A stretch of DNA of 64,000 bases, from assembly GCA_002189035.1 (NCBI GenBank), contig NEEC01000009.1:3286001-3350000 (forward strand), given 5' to 3'. The position numbers were made by a program, and so were the translations under genes. Below, piece after piece: positions 26,519 through 39,243 of this stretch; the stretch's first letter is position 1; every line of letters starts with the position of its first letter. The DNA comes from Utricularia gibba. Its lineage: Eukaryota; Plantae; Magnoliophyta. The notes beneath the pieces were generated by a model. It searched no databases. It was not told the origin of the DNA and saw nothing but the letters and a program-made list of their open reading frames with translations.

Positions 26519-28642
26519 ATGGAGCTCTGTAAAGCGCATTATTGTTCCTGGTCCAAGTCTATGAATCCATCCTTTCGTCTCCCACATAACTGGAAGATGG
26601 TTTCTTTTCTTTCAAGAATGTGTTTATTTTTGGTGTTTCTTGAGGCTTATGACTCCTTTTGATGCGATTCTCCCAATCTTGTTTCCAGGCGATGAGGGAT
26701 AGAAGGATGTCGACATTCTTTATCAACAACTCCAGTAATTCCAAGGTATCGTAGTCGTAGTTTAGGTGAAGGGGCATATTGTTTCTTGAGTTTTCAGGAT
26801 TTCACTATCTGAAGGCGTAGATGATTTCTGAATGCGGTTATGATGAATGGTTTCGTAAGTTTTTGCTTCAAATGTTGACTTGCAAAACCTCTATGTCAGC
26901 CTTCAGATGAGATGATAGTTTCAGTTGCTGGAGGCACGGGGTTTATAGGGAAAAGATTGGTTCAAAGATTACATTCAGGTTGTCATGTGCAAACCTGCTG
27001 ATTCTCCCTTCTACCTTCATTGCATTCTCTGATCTCTTCTGAGCTGTTTGATCCTGATAACAAATCTAAAACACAGATAATCACCGTGTTTACGTCTTGA
27101 CGAGGACGAGATCCAAAGCCCTCTCAATTTTTCCTGGTATGGAGCCTGCCTATATGTAACTGTAGTTTTCTGGCATGCTTGGTGCCCGCCATTTTTTCCT
27201 TTGGCAGAATAAGCCTGAGATGCCGTATTTTGTTTGAATGTAGCTAGAGATTATCCTAAAGTCGAAGTTGCAGAGGAGCCAGAGTGGAGAAACTGCATTC
27301 AAGGTTCAACTGCTGTTGTAAACCTGGCCGGCACGCCCATAAGCACGAGATGGTCTGCAGAGGTATGCTGTAAAGATTCTTTCCAATGGTGATCTACCCT
27401 GAGTTTCAGAGGGGGGAAGACTTATCTGCAGCGCCATGTTGCAGATCAAAAAGGAAATCAAGGAAAGCAGGATCAGAACAACGGCAAAGGTCCTCTTTTG
27501 CTACTTAACCCTCTGAAGTTTTATAAGCTAAACCACCAGCTGCAACAATGGCTTTCCATATTACCAGGTTGTAGATTTCATTAACGGATCACCTGAAGGA
27601 CTCCGTCCCAAGGTTTTTGTCAGCGCAACTGCAGTTGGCTACTACGGTATGGATCTCGAATTGCTGATATCCAACAAAAGCTATTTCGCTTATGGTTTTA
27701 GTGATTCAGGAGCTAGTGATACACAAGTTTTCGATGAGCGCAGTCCATCAGGCACCGACTACCTATCCGAGGCAAGTGATGTGGATTTCTATTACCTGTG
27801 CATTGAAAAGTCTTACGAGCCTGAGTATTCATTCAGGTCTGTAGAGAGTGGGAGGCTGCTGCCCTTGGGGTCGATGAAGAAGTTCGATTAGCATTGATTC
27901 GCATCGGAGTTGTCCTCGGAAAAGAGGGTGGTGCTCTAGGTAAACCATCTTCTTCTTCTCCATCACTTTACCTCGACTCAAGTGGCAAAGAACCTACAGC
28001 TTCTGGTATGTTGCAGCTAAAATGATACCTCTGTTCATGATGTTTGCTGGAGGGCCGCTGGGCTCTGGTAGGCAATGGTAACTTTTCAAGACTTTACAAC
28101 CTTGTTTCAGTTCATCTTGATTAAAGGTCTTCTATCCAATGGAAGTAACCTCATCCCCCCAGGTTTTCATGGATCCATGTAGACGACCTTGTGGACCTCA
28201 TCTATGAAGCTCTAATCAACCCATCCTACACAGGTGAACGTACTTGCTGCCTCTGTGCGATCCATGGTCGGAATTTTCATTCTCACCGATCGTGCAATGT
28301 TCAGAACAACAGGGGTCATCAACGGCACGGCTCCCAACCCAGTTCGTCTGGCAGAGATGTGCGATCACCTAGGATCCGTTTTAGGGCGACCCTCATGGCT
28401 ACCTGTACCAGAGTTAGCCCTCCAAGCTGTTCTAGGAGAAGGAGCATATGTGGTTAGATTCCTCGAACCTTCAAAGTCCGTAACTTTTTGGGCACAGTGA
28501 AACAGATAACTGATGAAAATCCATGTTATTGTTTCAGGTTCTTCAAGGGCAGAAGGTGCTTCCCACAAGAGCTCAACAACTCGGGTTCCCCTTCAAGTTT
28601 CCATACGTGAAGGATGCCCTCAGGTCCATCATGTCAAGATAA
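26519..28642 (+). CDS. GC1: Chloroplast SulA-like epimerase (GIANT CHLOROPLAST 1 / SDR39U1 homolog), about 12 exons
   Basis: VSVAGGTGFIGKRLVQRL; VVNLAGTPISTRWS; VSATAVGYYG; DYLSE|VCREWE; IRIGVVLGKEGGAL; FSWIHVDDLV; GVINGTAPNPVRL; transit-peptide-like start MELCKAHYCSW. Confidence 0.93.
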
Positions 28643-28876
28643 GGCGTCTTACACCTGGCTCTGTTACCTCTGTCACCGGCTCCTTGAGGATGCATGAATT
28701 GCTTACTGATCAGTTATTCCAAGAGTCGTTTGAATTACTTGCAACATCAATTTGTATGTAAATGCTGTTTGAGATGAACAGGCATGATCAAGATAACTAG
28801 GCTTATTCTTCAGAGAGAAGTAGGTGCGTGAGCAGTCAAGCATGTTACGGTTAGGTCCCAGTGGTGGTGGTGGGAT

Positions 28877-30362
28877 CTATGGCTGCAGAACCTTGGAGGA
28901 AGTAGAAGCAAGAGGCTGGTGAATGATGGAGTCCGTGGAGAAGGAAACCGGGCAGCCTTCCAATTGCAGCATGATGCTTCCCAGCGCCGCTCGCAACAGC
29001 TTCCTGAAGTCCTCTTCCTTCAGCAGCAGCTCCGCATCCTTCTCCACCATATCCAGCGCTCCGTTCATCAACTCATCCATCTACGACCGCAAAAACCAAC
29101 AACATCCATCAAGGCGATGTCGAAAAAGAGAAGCCGCTTTGTAGTAAGTAGACTGTGTGAGCAACCTTTGGTACCGCACCGAGGGGGGGCAGGTCAGCAG
29201 AGGCGCCCAGCAGATCAAACGCAACTCTCAGATGCCGGGCTGCGATCTTTCCTTTACGCTCTCGTGGGATGCCTGCGAGTGCAGCATCCATAGCCTGCAC
29301 CATCCAACGAGGTTAGGAGGCAGCGCAGCAGCCAGCCGTTTTCCGAGTTCCAGAGTTGCACCAACCTTGTTCAGTTCAATCTGATTGGATAAAAGCCTCT
29401 TGATCCCATCCCCCGTGAAGGTATTCTGTGAGTGGGCTACGATTACAGGGTGTTCCCTGAGAAGCTGTACCACGTGCTCTGCAGCCCTTCTGAAATCCAT
29501 CAAAAATACCTCATCTGAAACACGTCGCTCAGGGGGGATCTTCAGGGACTCCACAGCAGGCTCCACGATGTCAGACATCACCTGGTAAGGGATTTAGTGA
29601 AAAGGTGCAAAACTCCATATGCGTGTAATGTAATTTACGGGGCACCATAGAAACTCATGACTAGAGTAATATGGGGATTACCCAGGGATCTGAGGGGGGT
29701 GGCATCCCCTGCTCAATGCTGAGCTTCTTAAAAGCACTAATCACGCGCGCTCTCAAATCCTCGTCAGAGGATTCCATCTCCCAGAATAGGGAAAGCATCT
29801 CTGGTTCAAAACTGGAGCTTTGAAGGAACACGTAAAGATCTTGACCGTCGATTCGATGAATGACGACGGGGTCTCGTTTCAATCCGTCGGCCATCCCGAG
29901 GAGAAAGTCGGAGAGAACTTCTTTAAAATGAGTTTTAGTTACATTTTTCTCAGTTCCATGAGTGAACTCTTCAAGGACCTGCGAACCATCAAGAGACAGA
30001 TCGAGCAATCCATTCAAAAAACGAAAGAAATTGCTCTGCTCCACCCACATTCCATATCGCTTTTCAGAAATGAAAAAAAAAAAAGCTTTTACACTACGGG
30101 ATGACGTGATTGAAAAGAAAACCTGAGCATAGATCTGATCGGACTCGGGAGAACTACCCTTGGCGGGAAGACCGAGAGCGGCGACGATATCGGAAACGGC
30201 GGGTTGCAGTTCTTTGACGGAGAGTTTGCCGTCGCCGTCCGCGTCGAGTTCTCGAAACTTATTATCCACGAATTTTGTGAAGACCTTTTCAGTCTCCACT
30301 AATTCCGTTATCTCCGACCCGTCAAGCACATGCCGCCGGTCTCCGTCCGCCTGGTTTTGCAT
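28877..30362 (-). CDS. Calcium-binding EF-hand family protein, 3 exons
   Basis: VLDGSEITELVE..FRELDADGDGKLSVKELQPAV EF loop; LLGMADGLKRDPVV; LSIEQGMPPPSDPW|VMSDIVEPA; LGSIMLQLEGCPVS. One apparent 1-nt loss near 29304. Confidence 0.88.
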
Positions 30363-31316
30363 GTCCAAATTAAAAAGGAAAACGACTGTGTAGGTTCCAG
30401 TGAAAGGGTGTGGGCATGGACAACAGAACGCACGCAGGCCTGCCCATTTTACAGAAGACGATGGAAAATGAGGCACTCGCGTGGAGGAAGCGGAGAAGGT
30501 TTCGCGACACGTGGCGCCTTTGTGGCTTGCAGTTTCACCCCCGTCTTTTTATACACACATAAAAACTTGATGAGCGTGTGCACTTTTAACCCATTTCTTT
30601 GTGTTCTCGTTTTTGAAAAAGGCGAGACCCCAAACCATCTGGATGTTGTGCTGTTGAATTGTTGCATGATCTGTGCATATTATCTTGTTTTCTGGGGAAT
30701 ATGCTCATTTCTAAGTAGAGATTACGCGGTTTGTTGCGGTTTCGGGGTTCTGGAGGAAAAGGGGAGGGACCCCGTGTGTTGTGGATAGGAGGAGGAACAG
30801 ACCACCGGCAGGGGATCAAGATGCTCGATCGCGCCAGTTGGTAGTCGGAACTCCCCGGCAAAGTCTGTCGGGGACCGGCGAGCACTATTCTATTCAATGG
30901 GAATGCGCTTGAGTTGAAGAGCAAAAGGAAGGACTCCTCCCTCCCTGCACACGCTGGCCCACCGGAGCCCCGACCCCGTAATAGAACCTCCCGGCGGGAC
31001 ATCAAATTTCCCATTTCATTTCCTCCAAACTGGCGATCAAGGGTGTGGTAGCCGACCGGAAGGCGGCCCAATTTAACCGAAGGGATTGGATTTACATCTG
31101 GGATTGCTGCTGTTCTGAAATCCAGGGCTTAGATGATCCATTCATTCCCTTCCAATCCCAAGCGGTGTTGTGAACTGGCGATCCGGCATAGATATTAAGG
31201 CGGAAGTTCGCATTCATCAATAAATCAGAGTGGTTCTGGTGCATGTGTCGACTCGCAGGTAGCAGCAAATTGGGCCACTAAACAGTTCTTGAAGGGCAAT
31301 TGATTTCAGTTAGGAC

Positions 31317-32709
31317 TCAGGTAACCGTCTGCTGAAGCTGCAAGTGGCCTTGTGCTACCAAAGAATCCACAGCATCTGCGAACATCTCTTCGATGGACCT
31401 GAACTCCATCCCCAGTCTCCTTAACTTGGACACATCTAACTCGTAGCGCGGTCCCGCACCGCCACCGGAGTCGAACCTGCAGCTTCAAAACGCGACACCC
31501 AGAAACGGTTGACGCTCAGGTGTACGAGGAAAGTCATATAGCCAATCATGAACCAACCTCGTTGTGATTGGTAGAGTGGGATACTTGTGCGACAGGATGC
31601 TGGCCAGCTCGCCGCTGTCCACCACGGTGGAGCTGCAGAGGTATCTCCCCTCGGCCTTGTCATTCTCGTAGAGGAGGATGTGGGCGGCCGCGACATCGTC
31701 GATGTGCGCGTACCCCATTCGTCCGTGCCGTCGAAACTTGTCCTCTTCCCCTGTATCATTGTGAAATGTTGCTCTCCCGTAAAAATCGATGATGAGAATG
31801 GAGCATCGGTCTGGGTCTGTGGTACCGGTGAGCAAGCCGAGCACGTCGGAGGCGGTGGAGCATAGGCGAGGCGGCAAGCTGGGTCCGATCACGAAGGAGG
31901 GTAGAACGGTCACTAGATTTATTTTGTTCTCCCGGCAAAAGTCCCATGCTGCCTTCTCCGCTAGAGTTTTGGACAAGGCGTACCACAGCTGCACGCACAA
32001 CAAAACGAACGTGGCGGTGTTCCAAATCATTTGCAAAAGGGGGGAAATAGAAAAACCTTGAGTTTCACGCAGAGGTCGAGGGAGCTCCAGGAGGACTCGT
32101 CAAGTGGAATAGCAGGATCGAAGTCGTCCCGGGCTCTGGCAGCGGAGGAGGAGGAAGTGAGGACAACGCGCCGCAGCGATCGATTGTTCTTGCAGGAGCG
32201 GAGCACGTTGAGCGTACCGTCAACCGCGGGGCGCAGAATTATTTCCTGAGAACAGAGGGATTTAGGGACGTTGGTCATTTCTAAATCACCGGACGTTGCA
32301 GTTGTGCATCACCGATTGAATGAATACAAGGGAGAGAGTGAGTGCCTCGGGATTGGAGCCATCCGGCACTCCCACAACGGGCGACGCCGTGTGGAACACT
32401 CCATGGCAACCGGCGATTGCGTCGTCGAAACTGCCGTCGACCGCCAAATCGGCCTTCACCAGGCGGAGTCTCTCCGCCGCTCCCTCCAGGCGCCACAGGT
32501 GCCCAACCTTGTCCGCGTCACCTGCATTTCACATTCAACCGATTTCAATTTTGAATCAGGACTTGAAAGCAGCGGAGACGCTGACATGGATCTCGGACAG
32601 TGCCGACGACGTCGTATCCAGCCTGAAGAAGACGTTTGACCAACCACGAAGCGACGAAGCCCGCAGCCCCCGTCACGCACACTCTACCCTTGCTATGACC
32701 TCCGTCCAT
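31317..32709 (-). CDS. TKPR1: Tetraketide alpha-pyrone reductase 1 (DFR-like, sporopollenin pathway), 6 exons
   Basis: [22 protein letters not shown]; GVFHTASPV; [16 protein letters not shown]; [14 protein letters not shown]; [19 protein letters not shown]; [13 protein letters not shown]. Confidence 0.9.
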
Positions 32710-33079
32710 CCCGCCGCCGACTCTGGTGGTCAAGCGTTCAACCTCCGAGTTCCACTATATACTGTCACCTTCCCTCGAAGTCGGTGGGGGAAGTTGAGTC
32801 ATCCCTCGCCTGCTTCGGTGCTGGTAGCAGAAATTGCGCATGCCATTGCCGTGATCCGGGTAACTATTCTTCCAGCCTCAGTCAACCAATGGGGTGGATT
32901 TTTCTTGTCTTTTTTATATTAAATAATAATTAAATTTTTATTTTTGTGTGATGAGAGTCCATTAGGGATTTGAAATTTAAGAAAAGCGGCGTGAACCTGC
33001 AAAACTTACACCTTCGGAAACCTAGAGTTACATCTTTGAGGAACGACACAGGCGCCACAACACTCACTCGAACTACAGA

Positions 33080-35349
33080 TCAACGATGGTGAAAGGGCGG
33101 CGGCGCGTGAGTGAGGTTGAAAGAAGGCTGTGGCAGCGGAGGAGCGGTGGCGCTCCCCCCAACATGCGGAGGCGGGCACTGATAGCACTTGGTGAAAAGG
33201 CCAAAGGTGTCGATTTGGTGAACGAAGTTGGTCATGCTCGCCCAGCCGCCGAACCCGAACCCGACAACAAAAACCCAGACCACCACGAATGAGTTGATGA
33301 CGTACGCGCCGACCCACCTCCCTAAGAATCTCGGAGGTTGCTCCACCGCATTCTGCAAAATAAATGCATCGAGTCAAGTCATTATTGGAATATAACAACT
33401 AAGTAGGATGTGTAATCGTAACTGTTACCTCACGCGCGGATGGTGATCGGAAGGTGCAGGAGTAGGCCAAGGCCGGAATGATGTAAACGGTGAAGCTGAC
33501 AAGGAGGGAACCGACGGTGGAGTTGATGGGGCCGAAGAAAGGGAATATGATAGCCAGGAACCAGACGGGCACCACCACCGGCAGCCGCGCCGCCGCCCTC
33601 TTGCACAGACTCTTGCATTCGTGCATCCCGATCATCTTCTCCCACACAAAATACAAGGGCGTACACGCGAACCCAAATGTGATGAACTGCATCATAAAAC
33701 GAACGAACATGAGACCGGCCGCGGCCGTGTCTCCTTCCTTCACTGACATGGAAAAAACAGAAAAGCTTGCCTGGTGGATGAGCATCAAAATGACGGCCAT
33801 GTCCCTGAAGGGCGACTTGGGGAGAAGCGAAAAGGCGTTGGAATGGTTGAGCAGCAAGTCCCCAAAAGCCCAGTAGACAGCCGAAGCGGAAGGCAGAGTG
33901 AGCGTCAGGACGTACAGAGTGGCAAAAAGGTAAATTGCTTTGAACCTCCGAGGCTTCCACATTGCGTGCATGATCTCCCTGCCCAACAACAAGAAGAAGA
34001 TGGTGAGATGAGGGGCAAAAACGTCATTCCGCGCCATAGGTTTGAAAACGACCCGTCGCGGCAACGGCTCTGTAAAAAGTGACGATGTTGTCACTGGATT
34101 GCGCGGTCAGATGGTGTCATTGTCCAAATTACCCCCCACCGCAAGCGTGAAGTCACTTTCCATATCCAAACTTTACAGCAAGTGATTACTACGGAAACGC
34201 ACTACTAACTAATTCTGATTAGTGGCCATTCCAATTCCATTTCTTCCTGGATGCCCAAGGTTATGGAGTTTGAGAGGGAGGGGGTGTTTCTTACACGGTA
34301 ACTGCGTGTCCTCCGAAAGTGTAGAGAATGTTGGTTGCCCCCGTGAAGTAGAGCACGAGCTTCGTTGGCCCGGAATGCTTCACGCCCTCCACCTGTTCGA
34401 CAAAATCACTCAATGCCGTTGCACTTACTTTGAGGTGTCAATGTGTTTTATCTATCTATTTACACCGACCTGCCCGTGGAGGAGAGAGGCAATGGTGAGG
34501 TACCAAGCTGTGTAGGTTGTCATGAGCAAGCCGAGGAAGGACCAAACTCTGTAGTTATGGAAAGAGGGGATGAAGACTGTGGTGGCACAGCATGCTCCGA
34601 AGATGTAAGTCCATGTTCTCTTGTCCAAATGGTCATTTATGTAGTAGATGTTGCTGCACAACACGAGTTTTAAGGTTAAGCTTCATCATTCTGCTGGGGA
34701 AGACTTGAGAGGGGTGGAAAGTACCTCGCGCAGGCTATGAGCTGAATGACGGACCCAAAGAGGAGAAAAGTGCAGTTGAAGGCCAACCCAAGGTTCCTCC
34801 AGTGTTTCCCGAGAAGCCCATCAAGAACTTCGAACCACTGCAAGAAAAAAAAAAAATCAATGGCCCCTGTGTTCGAAAGATGTGAATGAAATTCAGGGGA
34901 AGGAATTGAAATGAAAATGGGAACCTGAATGACGTGGTTTCTGAAATCAACTTTCTCCTTTTCTTTTCTGCTTCTGTACTCGACGTAAAGAGCGCTAATT
35001 AGATACGCCGTCCAGCTACCCATGACGCCGTAGAAGATCTGAAATGCAATCCCCGACGCCATTCCCAGCTGAGAGAACGAGTACGGGAGAGTTAGCAGAA
35101 CTTGAGCCACCTGCAAAAAAAAAAAAAAGAGTTGAAACGTCAGAGAGTCGAGAACGTGAGTTACAAAAATTATGGATGACGAGGGGGTACCTGGTTGGAG
35201 GCGCAGCTGAACCAGGCGTCGTAGACGGAGCCGCCGTGCCAGAAAAACTTAGAAATCTTAGATTTGGCGTTGGACGCCGGGGCCTCTATATCGATGATGG
35301 GACCCTCCTCCGCCCCCGGCGATGCCTTGTTGCCAGAAGTCGCCGTCAT
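33080..35349 (-). CDS. LAX2: AUX1/LAX auxin influx carrier (LAX2-like)
   Basis: FWHGGSVYDAWFSCASNQ|VAQVLLTLPYSFSQLG; YINDHLDKRTWTYIFGACC; EIMHAMWKPRRFK; FAIIFPFFGPINS-type segment; FGLFTKCYQCPPP tail. Confidence 0.93.
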
Positions 35350-36609
35350 TGGTGATTATGGTTCTTCTGTCGCCGGAAGTAGTGGTAGGAGCAGTCCTAT
35401 TTATATCCAAGTCACCACGCGGAAGCCATGGCGCTTTTGCCAACGAAGGGCAACAGCAAATTATAGCCTTTTTTTTTCTTTTGTAAATTCACAGAGCCAT
35501 TTTCTTTTTCCGTTTATTAGGAGGCAAATAAAGTAGCACTTTTTGGGAAGACATGAATATAGTTTTGGGTGTGAATAGTGTGCGAGTGGCATCGCCTCGA
35601 AGAGCTCCATGGCGATAATGAAATCATCTTGTCAAAATCTGGGATGGGTCTCTGCATTTATGTCGCGATTGGCAATAAAGAAGAATCTGAATGAAGGGAA
35701 TGGGATGGGCGTCGGCTACAGTCACAAGGCACCACAAGTTGAAGGGAAGGGAAGGGATGCGTAAATGAGATGAGATCATGAAGATTCTGATTCCCGGATT
35801 CACTTTTCCAAACACACACACTTGAAAAAAACTGCATCTTTTCAGTATTTTTGCATGTTTCCATGAAAGCTGTTCGTTTATTCCTTCCCTCTGGGTCTCA
35901 GACAACAGGGGCAGTTAAGATTCGCAGATTTTAACTAGTAATTAGCCGAGCACATCACTGGCGACTCATGATTTGATGATGTGAGGCCCGGCCAGTTTGG
36001 TGTGTGAACAAATCCAGATTTCCGGGTTTCATGCTGAGGAAAACGCACATCAGGTCGGCGAGTCGAAGAAAAGTGGCGTGTAGTGGAGCGGCGAGCTCAG
36101 GAGACCAAATGATTACATGGAGAGGAGCGCGTGGTGGCTTTTATTGGTGTCCAAATAATTGCCTCAAGCCACACCATGTAACTAACGAATTGGCTTTTAG
36201 AGTCGGGGTTGGTCTGAGGGTGCCTGAGACACATCTCGTAGCCAGGGCTCACACCCATCCTGTTTCACCACGCATTGTCATGCATACATACAATGTGGGG
36301 TACCAGTGTTTGAAGATGGCTGTGGGAGAAAAGGAAAAAAGACAAGCAAAAGGGAGGAGGAGTTTGAGAAGAAGAAACAGGGACAGCAGCAGCAGCAGCA
36401 GGAGGGGGAAGTAGTGTAGTGGGAGGGAATGAAAATGCCTGAGCCGAGGCAAAACATTCCCTGCAAAATGTTGTCCCCTTTTCCTTTTCTGCTGCCCATA
36501 CGCTCTACACGACTCCGCATCATAACCAGTCCCCTCTTTTTCAAACTATGCGCTCATCACCTTTTCTGCTGCTGCGTTCTGCCTCGGACTCGGAGCATCT
36601 CAAAATATA

Positions 36610-36649
36610 GGCCCGGCCCGGCCCGGCCCGTCACGGCACGGCACGGCCC
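36610..36649. repeat. (GGCCC)4 + (CACGG)3 tandem motif cluster
   Basis: Read directly from the sequence; lies in the divergent LAX2/TLP intergenic region. Confidence 0.85.
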
Positions 36650-37523
36650 ATCTCTCGGCGGACTGCAACACGGCCATGCTCCAGGCCCATTCTGCAGTCC
36701 TTCTTCTTCTAGTGCTACCGCTTCTGTTCTGTTACAAAGAATATCGTCCCCTCGGTTTTAGGGTTGTTGAAATCGTGATCGTCGTCCACTTTCAATTCAA
36801 CCGAGAAATGCATCATATTTGACCTTGCTCGTGAGGTCCATATCATCAATCCAATCGTGCATTGTATTTCCTATGTCGGATAAGCTTCCTGCAGATCCCC
36901 AAATCCTTGTCCCCCCAAGTGTTCTTCCGACACCAGATGCAATTTAACGTAATTACAATCCTTCCTTATTAGTGACCATGAAAGAGGATGCACACCGTCC
37001 ACTCAGTGCAGTGCAGCCCAGCGAGGCGAGACGGAAGGCTGCAGGAAAAGACGAGCCATCGGGATTGCAGTTCGTCGATCCCCAGAAACGGGGGGACCCG
37101 CCACTCGGCGTGGTTTCATTAAGAGGCCCATGTTTCCCGGGATTACGATAATAAATCTGAAAAGACGAGGTGGTTAATGATTAATGATCTTTTTTACGTT
37201 CGTCTTTCCTGTGTGTCAGACTCGGGGGCACTGGTCCCTAGATTCTTCGCGCATTAATCGCCGTTACTTTCTCCGTCAACACTCCTGACGGCGAAGGCTG
37301 GTGGGGAGTGGGAGTGGGAGTGGTGCTTCTTGAGCGAGCTGTGCTGCTGCTCTCGCCTTATTGCTCCTTTGCCCGGCGATTCAGCTTGGTATGTTTTAAT
37401 CAAGAAAATCTCTGCACCGCCATTGTCCCCCATTAAACAGAGACCCTAAGTTAGATTGGCCGTTCGCTTCTTCTCCAGGGGAAGAAGGCAGCTTCTCATC
37501 ATTGGCGTAGAGGAGCACCGTTT

Positions 37524-38861
37524 ATGGATCTGTACGCTTGTTGTTCGCTCTTCCTAGTGGGTCTTAACCTGTCTCTGCTTTTTCCTGGAGGTAATTGGGA
37601 CTGTTCTTCTGCTACTCCAATGGGTTTCTAAGCGTGATATTAGTGTTTTCTTGTTTAAAAATCGAGTCTTTGAAGCTGCGTTTTCACTGTTTTCATGTCA
37701 AGAACTGATTATGGAGCGCTGCTTCTAAAGAAAATGAGGGATTTCTGATCTGGGTTTTCTTTTTCTTGGTTTCTTTTTTCCGCTTCTTCAGCTGTATTTG
37801 GAGCCAAGTTCACGTTTGTGAACAAATGTGAGTACACGGTTTGGCCTGGGATACTTTCTAACGCCGGTAGCCCAAAGCTTCAGAGCACCGGATTCGAGCT
37901 TCGGCGAGGTTCGTCCCGGACTTTCGCTGCACCCACTGGCTGGTCTGGCCGATTCTGGGGACGAACGGGCTGCTCATTCTCCGGTGGATCCGGCTCCTGC
38001 CAGACGGGTGATTGTGGCTCTCGCCAAGTCGAATGCAACGGCGCAGGTGCGGCGCCTCCGGCCACACTCGCGGAGTTCACTCTCGGAACAGGTGGTTTGG
38101 ACTTCTACGACGTTAGTCTCGTCGATGGTTACAATCTCCCCATGATCGTCGAGGCGACTGGGGGTTCCGGCACCTGCGCTACTACCGGCTGCGCCACGGA
38201 TCTAAACCAGTTGTGCCCGTCTGAGCTCCGAGTTAGCAGCGGGGAAGCTTGCAGAAGCGCGTGCGAAGCCTTTGGTAGTCCGGAATATTGTTGCAGCGGC
38301 GCGTACAGCACACCCAACTCCTGTCGCCCCTCCGTTTACTCCCAGATGTTCAAATCAGCGTGTCCCAAATCTTACAGCTACGCTTACGATGATCCGACGA
38401 GCACTTTCACTTGCGCTGGCGCCGATTATACGGTCACATTTTGCCCTTCTTCCCCGAGGTACCTAAAAATGGCTTCTTTTACCTAATTTTGCCCTATCTT
38501 TGCAATTTCTTCTTCGTCATTGGTCGTTGTGTTCCTCTCCGTGTGCAGTCAAAAATCCTCCATGGATCCAAATCCAACCGCAACAACAGAGACATCTGCA
38601 ACTTCTACCGCCGGTGCATCTCTGTCCGGATCGGAGCCAATCAGCATCAGCTATTCCGGATCTGTCTCCGGCATTGGCGTACCCGGGGCGGACCTCGGCT
38701 CAGACCCAGAACCGTACTCCCATGACTCCCTTGTCGATGGATCAATGGTGGCTGATTTGGCAATGGGGAATGCTGCAATATTCCTGAATCCTTCATTTCT
38801 CCATTCATGGGGCTTCGTAGTTTCCGCTATTTTTCTGTGCATTTTTATGAACGGCAACTAG
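37524..38861 (+). CDS. Thaumatin-like protein with S/T-rich linker and hydrophobic C-terminus (probable GPI anchor); exons 37524-37590, 37792-38458, ~38549-38861
   Basis: Signal-peptide exon; NKCEYTVWPG; GRFWGRTGC; PATLAEFTL; DFYDVSLVDGYN thaumatin signature; FKSACPKSYSYAYDD. Confidence 0.93.
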
Positions 38862-39243
38862 TTCAGATAGTTTTAGTTGAATGTCCTAGCAGGGTAATAC
38901 ATCCCTTTTTCCGGTATTGTTACTTCACTACTCTGGTGCGTTGTCTATAATCATGAAATCACTCTCTTCCCCTTTCATCCAAAGTTTTCATCTTGGAGAT
39001 TATGTTATGTTACCTTTTGGTTGGAAAGGGAACGTTGATGGGTTGTTCAAAGTGATGCATGAGAAAAGTGTAAAGGCTAAAGGCCACGCCTTTGCTGAAG
39101 TGGGAAGCATTATCCTCAACCCCTGTATGATTCGAGGAGTATCTTTTCTACAATTTCGGCCATAGCACTCTTTGATAATCAAACTGAGTACAAGCAAGTA
39201 TTCTAGAGGCAAATTATAGTCTGAGATGGCAATAATAACCGAG

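Noticed and set aside
32320-32922. Long plus-strand ORF (200 aa) and many similar antisense ORFs in the track
   Set aside because: These are antisense shadows of GC-rich real exons (TKPR1, LAX2, TLP, MYB4) with no independent domain evidence.
36085-36105. Partial miR390-like string GAGCTCAGGAG
   Set aside because: Only about 11 nt match and there is no star arm or hairpin.
36215-36260. miR398-like string on the minus strand
   Set aside because: Several mismatches to mature miR398 and a poor foldback.
37300-37323. G-quadruplex in the TLP leader
   Set aside because: Only three G3+ tracts, and no evidence of function.
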